Shown: piece after piece, positions 26,852 through 37,400 of the stretch
Layout: each line of letters opens with the position of its first letter
Numbering within the stretch: position 1 is the first letter of the stretch
Origin: a virus
Lineage: Duplodnaviria; Caudoviricetes
Virus record (IMG/VR): IMGVR_UViG_3300010429_001696
Location: 129,755 to 193,754 of that record
Reading direction: 5' to 3' (one strand)
Length of the DNA: 64,000 nt
Notes under the pieces: generated by a model
The model's input: the letters and a program-made list of their open reading frames with translations, nothing else
What the model was told of the DNA's origin: nothing
Database searches by the model: none
Translations under genes and position numbers: made by a program

Positions 26852-28657
26852 ATGAAACAATTTAAAATTAACGAGGGAATAGAAAAAACTGGAAAATTTA
26901 TCAAAAAAGATTTTTTTGAATTTGGTGATATTGTTAAGCATAAAGAATATCCAGAATATGGTTTTGGTACTGTAATAAACAATGATGTTATTGTAAGAAT
27001 AAAATTTGATAATAAAGATGAAGCATGGACCACTAGTCAAGGTTATGCTCATCTTTATTTATTTTTAAAAAGAGATGACAAGAAGGATGCTGAATTTGTT
27101 CCTATTGTATATTTTGTAAAGAATAAACTAGAGTTTTATCATCTTATGAAATATCTTGATGCCAGAGGATATAGATGCACTATTGGAAAACTGACATCGT
27201 TGATTTATGATCCAGATTATCAAGTTGTTCATATAAGAAAACCGTTTTTTGTAGCATTCTCTACTTTGGAGCAATTCGAGTATCATAAAGTCGAAACATA
27301 TAAAAATAATTTTATAAAAAAAGAATTACCCTTTGAAATAAAAAAAATAGACATCGAAGACGATCCCTGGGAAGAAGAAACTCCGACATATAGAGAAAAA
27401 TTAGATGAAGCAATAAAACCGAAAACATTTGAGATGTCTGGCCCGCCACCCCATTCTATGTGGAGAACAAAAGCAGATTTTGTTGCTGATATGGAAAAAA
27501 TTGGATATACTCATACGACATTGAACAAAGAGACCAGTATGTTAATAACTGATGTGGCTGGCACGTTGAAATGTGAAAAAGCTAGAAAATATGGCATACC
27601 AATATATAGTTACGAGCAAGCTTATAAAATGTTTTCAAAGAAAATGAGAAAACGATTAAATCTTGAAGATGATCCTTGGAGCGAAGAAGATTGGGGATGG
27701 GAAGAAGTAAATGAAGGCATAGAAGATCATATAAATTTCTTAGAAGATAAGGGAGTCCTTTTTAAAACAGAAAAAGATTATGTAGAGTTTTTAAAGAAAA
27801 TGGAAGATCTTGGCTATGTTTGGTATATTACTAAAGATAAGCCTACAAGTAGAAACTATTTTGGTTCCAATAACAATATAATTGGAATAAAACAAAATAA
27901 AGGATTGTCTAATGGTGTATATGGCTGTGGTATAATACCATATGAATATTTGAAACATTTAGAAAAACTTAAGAAGAAGCAAAATCTCAGTGATGATCCT
28001 TGGAATGAAGAAGATTGGGGATGGGAAGAAATAAGGGAATCTGATTCGAGTGAAAACATAACAATTGTTAAATTTAATTCCAGGAGTAAATATAAGTTGG
28101 CTCTATCGCATTTAGAGAATAATGGATATCTTTGGAGAAGTGGTCATAAGCCAACAGAATTTGTGTATTGGGGGGGAAGAAATGAAGGATTACGAATAAA
28201 TCATGACACCAAAATAATAACTGCTTCTAGACGTGGCATGGGAAAAATCTTTTCTGATATGAACGATCTAATTAATAGCAAGATAAAAAGAAAACAAAAC
28301 TTAAAAGATGATCCATGGGACGAAGAAAATTGGGGGTGGGAAGAAATAAAAGAAAATAACGAATTCAATACAAAATTTAGTGAAGGGGATAGAGTTAGAA
28401 TTAGAGATGATTCATCGTTTAAATTTCAAGCTTATGAGCTTGGAGGAAATGGACTTGGGTATATAAAATCAATAGCTAACAGCGACTATAATGGTCTAAA
28501 TTATAGAGTGGAATGGGATAATGGACATTACAACGCGTACGGCGTTAATGATCTAGAGATATTTAATGATGAAAAAAAGATGAAGAAAATAAGAAAACCT
28601 GATATAGATCCATGGCAAGAAGAAGATTGGGGATGGGAGGAAATAAATAAAACTTAA
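26852..28657 (+). CDS. modular protein with five DPW-tagged modules including a BRCT domain
   Basis: BRCT-like FEMSGPPP...LITD...KCEKARKYGIPIYSY; linkers DDPWxEEDWGWEE-[VI]xE. Confidence 0.8.
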   Translation: MKQFKINEGIEKTGKFIKKDFFEFGDIVKHKEYPEYGFGTVINNDVIVRIKFDNKDEAWTTSQGYAHLYLFLKRDDKKDAEFVPIVYFVKNKLEFYHLMKYLDARGYRCTIGKLTSLIYDPDYQVVHIRKPFFVAFSTLEQFEYHKVETYKNNFIKKELPFEIKKIDIEDDPWEEETPTYREKLDEAIKPKTFEMSGPPPHSMWRTKADFVADMEKIGYTHTTLNKETSMLITDVAGTLKCEKARKYGIPIYSYEQAYKMFSKKMRKRLNLEDDPWSEEDWGWEEVNEGIEDHINFLEDKGVLFKTEKDYVEFLKKMEDLGYVWYITKDKPTSRNYFGSNNNIIGIKQNKGLSNGVYGCGIIPYEYLKHLEKLKKKQNLSDDPWNEEDWGWEEIRESDSSENITIVKFNSRSKYKLALSHLENNGYLWRSGHKPTEFVYWGGRNEGLRINHDTKIITASRRGMGKIFSDMNDLINSKIKRKQNLKDDPWDEENWGWEEIKENNEFNTKFSEGDRVRIRDDSSFKFQAYELGGNGLGYIKSIANSDYNGLNYRVEWDNGHYNAYGVNDLEIFNDEKKMKKIRKPDIDPWQEEDWGWEEINKT

Positions 28658-28675
28658 AACATAATTCAAAAATAG

Positions 28676-29131
28676 ATGTCAGATAAAATTGATAATTATT
28701 TTGATAAATATAAAAATTATTATGAAAGTAAAACAATTATATACGCAAAAGGTATTGCTAAAAATATAGATAGATCAGAAATATTAAAGAATATGTTGGA
28801 TAATAACAATATAGATATATTAACTTTCATCAATGAAATATCTTATTTATCCGATTTCAAATTAAAAAATTATGGCGATGAAAAATTAGCAATAGACGAG
28901 ATGCAAAGCGTTTTAGATTATATCGCCTTTTCTAATGAAATAGAAAAACAAATGTTGCTTGGTAATATAGAATTTTCTTCCATTGGTGAAGATGGAATAC
29001 TGTTTTATAAAGCGAATTCATATGCCATAGAATATTTCTATGAAGAGCTAGGCATAGAATTACCCGAAGATGAATTCAGTATAGATTTATCGAATGATGA
29101 TAATGAAGATTTTAATGCCCAATTAAATTAA
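28676..29131 (+). CDS. hypothetical protein
   Basis: ORF track. Confidence 0.65.
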   Translation: MSDKIDNYFDKYKNYYESKTIIYAKGIAKNIDRSEILKNMLDNNNIDILTFINEISYLSDFKLKNYGDEKLAIDEMQSVLDYIAFSNEIEKQMLLGNIEFSSIGEDGILFYKANSYAIEYFYEELGIELPEDEFSIDLSNDDNEDFNAQLN

Positions 29132-29164
29132 AACTTTTTATATTTTTTTTATATAATCCATATT

Positions 29165-29395
29165 ATGAACGGAAAAGTATGCGCTGTTTATCGAGATATA
29201 ATAAAAGAAAATACTTATAGATTTTCTTGGCAAACAGATAAGGAATATTTCGGTGAAATAACTTGTTTTTATGAAAATGGAAAATGGATAATAGATTCAG
29301 AATATATGGGGTTAGAATTTATAAACGAAGTTTTAAATTTTTGGTTTAGACAAGAAAAAAATAATGACAAAGAAAATGGAAATGACAAAGAATGA
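29165..29395 (+). CDS. hypothetical protein
   Basis: ORF track. Confidence 0.55.
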   Translation: MNGKVCAVYRDIIKENTYRFSWQTDKEYFGEITCFYENGKWIIDSEYMGLEFINEVLNFWFRQEKNNDKENGNDKE

Positions 29396-29720
29396 TTTTA
29401 TAGAAAAAGTTTTCGATTATGAAAAAGAAAACGATTGGAAATTTAAGGGCGATAAACCTTGTTTGATTGATTGTCACGCTTTATGGTGTCGGCCGTGTTT
29501 AGCGATGACCCCCATTTTAGAAGAATTATCTGATGAATATAAAGGTAAAGTTGACATTTATAAAGTTGATGTTGATGAAGAAAATGAAATAGCCGCTTTA
29601 TTTAACGTGCAAAGTATACCAACATTTATATTTATTCCAAAAAACAGCGAACCAATAGTGACACAGGGCGCTTTACCGAAATCAGCTTTGAGAAAGATTA
29701 TAGAAGAACATCTATTATAA
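29364..29720 (+). CDS. trxA: thioredoxin
   Basis: WCRPC active site, IYKVDVDEE, VQSIPT; KVFDYEK..WKFKGDKP N-terminus of Bacteroidota style. Confidence 0.92.
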   Translation: MTKKMEMTKNDFIEKVFDYEKENDWKFKGDKPCLIDCHALWCRPCLAMTPILEELSDEYKGKVDIYKVDVDEENEIAALFNVQSIPTFIFIPKNSEPIVTQGALPKSALRKIIEEHLL

Positions 29721-30458
29721 GTTATTCTTTTTCATTTCTATTTCCAAAATGAACTCTCTTTCTATTTTGTTAGATATCAATTTATCTACATTAATTTTAT
29801 TGCCAATTTCCCTATTAATATTAATATTTTTTATATAATTTTCTAAATTTTTTTTTCCGTAGAATTCCATTTTTTCATTTTTTGTTATTAAATGATATAT
29901 TTTAAAACTAAATTTATTTATAAGTCCTTTATTCCATGGCACTTGGGAATTTTTAAGACCTTTATTCCAGGGTTTTTTTCCTTTTAAAGATTCTGATACT
30001 TTTTTTATTCTTTCTGCGCTATATTTTTTTCCTAAACCAGCTATTCTTCTTTTTTCTTTTTCTTCATTGGATCTATTTCCATATATCTCTTCGTATGTTT
30101 TTCCTTTTCTTTTTTTCAACATCAACTGGACCGATTTATGTACCCCAGCATTATGCAATCTTTTAGATTCATCGCTCGCTAATGTTCCGGCGCCGCCCCT
30201 CCCCCCATCAGACATATTGTAGAATTCCTTTGATTCTACAGCGTTAAAATATTCTATCCAATATTTTTCTCTTTCAAATAAATATTTTTCATTATCGCTT
30301 TCTTCTATTATTTCTTTGATAAAATTATTTTTGCCGTATTTTTTTAAAGCTAATTTTATAGATTTCCCAGAACCATAATAGTTTTTATTGTTGATTGTAT
30401 CAACTCCAATATATTTTTTACCGTTAATTTTATTTGTTGTTAAGTACACCACGCCCAT
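29715..30458 (-). CDS. free-standing GIY-YIG homing endonuclease with NUMOD3-like repeats
   Basis: VVYLTTNKINGKKYIG, YYGSG, REKYWI, FYNM, PWNKG repeats. Confidence 0.9.
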   Translation of the reverse strand: MGVVYLTTNKINGKKYIGVDTINNKNYYGSGKSIKLALKKYGKNNFIKEIIEESDNEKYLFEREKYWIEYFNAVESKEFYNMSDGGRGGAGTLASDESKRLHNAGVHKSVQLMLKKRKGKTYEEIYGNRSNEEKEKRRIAGLGKKYSAERIKKVSESLKGKKPWNKGLKNSQVPWNKGLINKFSFKIYHLITKNEKMEFYGKKNLENYIKNININREIGNKINVDKLISNKIEREFILEIEMKKNNL

Positions 30459-30470
30459 ATTAATATATTT

Positions 30471-30626
30471 TTAATTTTTTTCATCTTTAATTTTTTTATC
30501 TTTAATTATTAAATTTGTAATATATCTAGATATGGAAGCATATTCAATTTCTGAATATTTTTTAATATGTGCATATAAATCGTTATGGAGCCTAAAACTT
30601 ATCATTTTTCTTTTTATTTTTGTCAT
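30471..30626 (-). CDS. ribbon-helix-helix-like protein (51 aa)
   Basis: Hand translation MTKIKRKMISFRLHNDLYAHIKKYSEIEYASISRYITNLIIKD... Confidence 0.6.
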   Translation of the reverse strand: MTKIKRKMISFRLHNDLYAHIKKYSEIEYASISRYITNLIIKDKKIKDEKN

Positions 30627-30890
30627 AAATTGTATTATTTTGTATTACAATATATATAAAACAAAAAATATGATATTTTTCCATTTATTAAATAAATTAA
30701 TATTTTATTTAAACCTTGATCAAATTTTATAATAAAAAGAAACTACAAAGACATTGATGGTAGTATTTTAAAACTAATACCAAATCCTACAGTTAAAAAG
30801 ATGTGGAGTTAGCTCTAAATTGTGAAAAAAAATCAAACATAGAGGAACAATTTAATTTTATTTAAAAAACAAAACAAAAAACTAAATCTT

Positions 30891-31300
30891 ATGAAAAAAC
30901 TACTTTTAATTTTAGCCGTCGCGCTATTCTCAGCGGCATCTCTTTTTGCTCAAAAAATGAGTGATACAGAATTCTCATCTGTTATGAAAGAAGCTATATC
31001 TACTTTTAACAGCAAACTACCGGTTGTTATAGATAGTGAAACCAGAGCCGATAATGTCATGTTTTACGAACTTTGATATATAATTATACTTTATATAATA
31101 AGTATAAATCTGATATAAATAATTGGGAAACATTAAAAAATAATCTTTATACAACTCTTTTGAACAAAATAAAAACTAATCCTGATATAGCATTTTTCCG
31201 AGATAACGATGTCATATTTAACTATAATTATTATGATAAGACTGGTATATTTCTTTTCGGTATAAAAATATATCCGGTTGATTATAAATCATACTATTAA
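30891..31300 (+). pseudogene. frameshifted secreted protein, paralog of 53045..53458
   Basis: ORFs 30891..31076 and 31073..31300 align end to end with 53045..53458; break at ...VMFYEL*/LIYNYTL. Confidence 0.75.
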
Positions 31301-31308
31301 AAAAAAAA

Positions 31309-31343
31309 TAAAAGAGTATCTAAAAAAAATAGATACTCTTTTT
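31309..31343. terminator. bidirectional intrinsic terminator
   Basis: AAAAGAGTATCTA-AAAAAAA-TAGATACTCTTTT perfect inverted repeat. Confidence 0.7.
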
Positions 31344-31400
31344 ACCACGTACATACCCTCAGGCCCGCGTGAATATCATTATATATCAATTCTAAAAATC

Positions 31401-31431
31401 AAAAAAAAGCGATTATTGAAAAACAATCGCT
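31401..31431 (-). terminator. terminator downstream of the 3524-aa gene
   Basis: AGCGATTGTTTTTCAATAATCGCT followed by a T-run on the minus strand. Confidence 0.65.
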
Positions 31432-31468
31432 CTTACCACGCTTGAGAGGGCTTTCGCCCTCCCCAGTA

Positions 31469-34400
31469 TTATAATAAATATATATTTTTATCTCTATTAT
31501 ATATATTATTTATATCGTACAAATTTTTGTAAATGTATATTTTTCCAAAATCTATTCCACTATTTCTAGACACTAATCCTGAAATTTTGCCACCTCTTAT
31601 TAAATATTGTTTTGCTTTTATTGGACTATAACTCACACAGTTTAAATTATCAAAATCGAATTTTGTTGAATTTATATACCTTTCTATTTCCGAATAGTTG
31701 GAAACAGTTTCGCCACTATTATTTATAAAATTTGGTCCAGCTGCCACCAAACCACTTTTTCTTTTTGTTTGTGAATAAGTTATACTGGAGAACACTTCAC
31801 CATGATAATAAAATTTCTTTTTTGGCTCGTTGGTTATCAACCTATTATCTGAAACAGATATATTTACTTGATTTTCATCTATATACATTTTAAAGTTGTA
31901 GAACCCATAGTTTCCAAAATTATGATCTTCACTGTTTATCACTAAAGTAACCATATACCACTTATTCAGTTCATATGAATAATCTGTATACAGAGAAAAG
32001 GAATTGTCTGACCCGTTCTCTAGCCATCCATAATCGCTTGTAGAATTAAAAGATATTGAAGTCACAAAAGAAAATGGTTCATAAAGAGTTTTATATGTTG
32101 GGTAATTATTATAAATATAATATGGAGCCATCGCACCGAAATTTATCATGGTGTCGTGATTGTTTGAATTATTTTTATACCCAGTTCCGTCAACTGCATA
32201 TCTCAAACTGGTTAAAAACGTGGTTTTTCTTCTTATCGGTAAAGATTTATTTGTTTTTGTTGGAAAACGATTTATTTTTGTCCAAAAAGAAATTATATAA
32301 TCACCATTATTTTTTATAGACACGAAATCAAATAAATTCCCATCCTCTTTTTTTATTAATGTTGTTTGTAAATCATTGAACCAGTCTGTGCTATAATTCA
32401 TGCCTTTAGCTATACCATATGTTGTGTCAGTTTGTCCTGAATCTACCTCAATATCATATGAATATGTTCCACCACTATCATTGGGCGTAAATTCCAATAA
32501 AGTGTTTATAGAAGTATATAAATCTTTGGATTCATCATAAACATTTTTCACATTTAAATGATCATAAACATATAGTTTACCAAAATCGATTCCAGTGTTT
32601 TTAAACACGAAATCATATCTAGGACCAGATGCATACAAATTTTTCTTAACTCTTATCGGGGCGAAACTTATACTATTAACATTATTTAAATGAAAAAATT
32701 TATGAAAATTAAATCTCAATGTATTTGTATTTGATATCTCTTCACCGTATTTGTTAATAAAATTGGGTCCGGCAGCTATTTCCCCGGCAGATCTTCTAGA
32801 TTTTTTCCCGTGAGCATTAGGACTATTTGTGATAACATAACTTCTATGATGAGCTATATTGACTTGTTGATTGTTTACGAACATTCTTAAATCATAATCT
32901 CCACCGTCACTATTAAAAACACCCGAAGCTGGATTTATAGACATTGTTATAAAATACCAATTGTTCAAATTATATGAATAATCTGTATATATCGAAAGAG
33001 TATCTCTATTTCTAAAATTATCATCTAAACTACCGTAAATGTGATGATTATAAGTTAAAGTGCAAGTGAAAGAAAAGGGTTCGTAAATAAATTTATATGT
33101 TGGATCATTGTTATAAATATAATATGGAGCCATTACCCCAAAAGATATTATTCCTTCATGTTTACAATCAAAATTTTGATATCCGTTATTGTCATAACAA
33201 TATTTCAAATCCAATAATGCTGTTCTTTTTCTTCTAATTAATCCAGAAAGAACTTCTGTTCTTGGTTTTTCTATAGAGAATCTATTTAATTTTACCCAAA
33301 ATGACACAGTATATCGATTTTTGTTTTCTGATTGAAATTCAAATATATTTCCGTCTTCTTTTTTAATAAATATCGTTGGTTCATAATTAAAATCTCGCTT
33401 TCCTACATCGAATAGATGATCATTATCATATTCATTGTTTATTCCACTGGATATTCCATAAGTTGTGTCTTGTTGATTGAAAACAACATCATAATCACCC
33501 GTTGAGTAATTTGGCATATATTCAAATAGATATCCAGCAGTGTCATCATACAATAGCGGATGTGAACTTATTGGCTTATTTAAAACTAATTTACTATCAT
33601 ATAGAATTAATCTACCTTTTAAACTAAACATCCATCCGCTATTATTGCCGAGATCTGTTGAAGTTGGCCCGGCATACCAAACGCTTGATGGTTGTGCAAC
33701 AGAATCGATTATGGATAGATATTGTCCGTAAACAACAGGCTTATTTACAATCGGACCAGTATAATTAAAGGTGCTTGTATATCCACTTTCTATGGTACCT
33801 ATTGTTATACCAGATTCAATTGTACCAACAGCTGAAAAATTATTAAAATTAATCGTTAAACCAGATGATGTTTTTATAGATTTACCTGGATCGACAAGTA
33901 AATAATTTATATAATATGTTGTTGCTGGAATATCAGATTTTATTTCATAATCTCCTGTTATACTACCAGTTAGCCATATATTACAATTTGCGTCATTTGA
34001 AAATGGTTGTATTTGTATATTAGAAGATCCAGTTTCATCGATTTTAAAAGTTGTTCCATCACACCAAGATGTTGTGTCATAAGAGTTATTTCCACCAATA
34101 TATAAAGCCGGAGAATATTCACCAGTTATTTCTATTTCTTGACTGTATATTGTAACTTTAGCATCAGAGTAAACTTGAAAACTTTCACATTCAGTGTTAC
34201 CATATATTGTATAATCGCCATATAAGAAAGATACTATACCCAGCAACGAATTTTCCAAACTAGCTGTAGATGAATCTCTACAAACAAGTTTAATAATATT
34301 TGTTCTTTGCTCAAATTCAAACATTGGAGATAAATATAAATTTCCTTTAATATTTATTGGTATGTCACCATTATCCGATACGAATAAAAATTTATTTATG

Positions 34401-37400
34401 TCATAACAATCGAAATCGTTACAATATATTTTGTCTCCAATGTCAAAATTTATATATCCTTCTAAAGCTGATGTGAATGATTCATCTATAATCACGTTAT
34501 CTTGAGCCAGAGGCATTCTTCCGTTTCCGCCACTTCCACCACTACCCAAAAACCACACACTTTCATCGCTCCAATTTATTGTGTCTCCACTGGAATATAA
34601 ATATTGGTCTTGCGGTGTGGTGAATGTTATACCAGAATTACCGCCCCAATCACCCGAGCCGCCTATGATTGATGATAGATCCCAATCAAAGGATCCATCA
34701 CCAACAATATCCCTAAAATCTACATTGTATGCTAAAACATCCGATGCGAAAAGACTTCTTTGAACATCAAATTCATCTGACGTTATGAGCAATCTATAAT
34801 TAGTTGAATTTGTTCCACTTAGGATTAAAGTTTCATTAATAATTTGGTCATCATATAATTGTAATTTATAATTTATGTTGCTATCATTCGAAATTTCTAA
34901 ATCATTAAATATGTTGTTATCGTATATATATGCTCCATTAATAAATTTAACATTATAAAAAGTGTTATCATAACCTTTAAATATGGAATTGAAATCAGAT
35001 ATATTTATTTGACTTGTGCCGGCACTTAGTTGAACACCATAATCATCTATATAGGAACCTAAATTTAAAGTAGATGTTGATAAATCTAGATATTTTAATG
35101 TTGAGCCGGTTGTATAATATTTACCTGTTGTTGTTATTGTTTTACCACTTGTTAACCAATTTCCAGATTCATGATATATATCTGAAGAACCCAAATTTAA
35201 ATCATCTAAATTAACCCAATTGTTGTCCCCGTCAAAATATAATCGATTGACATTTAAAATAGAACCATTTGTGATTATATAGGAATCTATTACACTTTTT
35301 AGATATAGATATCCAGTTTCAGAAAAATTCCATGTAATGCCAGAATATAATGCTATATCTTTATAAATATTTAAAGTGTGTCCGGTGTTACTTATTGTAA
35401 CTGATTGGGTGACACCTGTCCATAACATATCATAACAGTTGGCATCAACGTTTATATCTATTGAGCTTGGTGATGAAAAACTATATTCGTTGAAAAATAC
35501 TTTATCAGATGACAATGGTAGTGTTGCCCCACTGGCTCCACCAATAGAATAAGACCAATGTGACGTGTCGCCCCAATATCCAGAATCTCCCACCCAATAT
35601 TTTAAATTCGATGCATTAAATGTCCATCCAGTGTTATTACCACCATCTATACTATTGTAACCAGCGTTTGTATTTGGTGAAACTATAGAGTCTTGTATCG
35701 TGCAATAATCTAAGAACCAATTATCTGTCCTTATTAATGAATGAGTTGATCCAGTTGTGGTAGAACCTATAGTTATCGTATTTCCTGAATAACCGATGGC
35801 ATTAAAATATTTAGATGTTTGAACGGATCCGCTATTGAATCTAACCTTACGTCCTGGATCTATTAATATTTCATCAAATGTATTGTTCCCGTAAATATCA
35901 AAATTTCCTGTATGGGAGCCAGATAACCAAAGTTTATGGTAAGTTTTTCCACCAATGAATATTGATATTGCGTTAGAACCAGATGATGGATTGAATTTTA
36001 TAATAGAATTTTCTGGGTATAAATTAACACCGCTTGTGATATATAATGGTATAGATGTATTATATTTTATTTCTAATGTACCGTTTCCCATATATAGAGT
36101 CATCCCAGATGAAGCCATCTGAAATAAATTACATGTCACATCATAATCATTTAAATCTATCCAACCTATAGATGAATCACAATTAAATTGACCACAAGTG
36201 ACGTTTGACAACAAATAATAATGCCCTCTTTTAAATATGAGTTGTTGTGGATAATTTATATTATAAGTATTAACATATGAAATGGATTCTTTTGATTGGG
36301 AATATAAATACGTGAAATATCCAGTGTCTAACCCCCATGATATCAATGATGACCAAATAATATCACCATAAATTTCATTGAAGTTTGATCTCTTTAATAT
36401 AGTATTATTTGTTAAACTATTCATATTTAATGATCTTCCCATTCTCTGACAATCTAATGTTAATGTCGTTGTTTGATTAAAACTATTTTCGTCAAAAATC
36501 GCATCATCTTGTGGTAGAGGCACTCTGCCAGTAGTAACTCCGCTCGTATTTAAAAACCAATTTGATACATTAGACCAACTTGCTGTGGAACCAGTTGCAT
36601 AAAAATATTGAGTTTGACCAGATGTAAATATTATATTAGAATTGCCGCCACAGTCACCAGACCCGCCTGATATTGATGATAAATCCCATAAAGTTGTTCC
36701 TGAACCTTTAATATCACGAAAATCAACATTTGATGCATTAATAAGATTGTTACAGTAAATAGTTTTTTCTGTTCCAATAGTGTTTGAACGAACAATGAGT
36801 CTATAATTTGAGCTATTATATCCAGATAATGTTAATGTATCAACATAAAAATCACTCACCATGATCAACGAAGATCCAACAGATGAATATCCATTATATA
36901 TTAGATTAGATATAGTAGATCCTTGCATGTCTATTCCATCTATATCATTTACACTAGCATAACTTGTAATGAAATTGACTATTATATTATTGAATGTGAA
37001 TGATTTACCAAGGACGATACAATAGTTGACGAAACTATATGACAATTTATTTATAGTTATTGTGGATGTACCCGCATCTAAAAACGCATTTGCCCCGATT
37101 CTTAGAGAGTTCATATATAAATTACTATCACCAAGATATAATTGACCATAACCAGTTGCTGCGTTTATATCACTATAATTGATAAAATATATATTTTTAT
37201 CATTTGTATACCAACTTCCGTTGCTAATTAATAGAGATGTATTGTTATACCAATCATCAGTATTAACTAATGTAAAACCTGATATATCCATATATAATCT
37301 ATTAAAAGCTGTTGTTACTCCGCTAGTTCTTAAAAATTGATGATAGTTTGATTTTAAATATAGATATCCTGTTGAAGTGAATGACGTAGTGAGTCCAGTG

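Noticed and set aside
26852-28657. DPW/DPF motifs as eukaryotic AP-2 (epsin/Eps15-type) binding motifs implying a eukaryotic virus
   Set aside because: Operon structure, intrinsic terminators, bacterial-type tRNAs and Bacteroidota-like genes indicate a bacteriophage; the resemblance is likely convergent.
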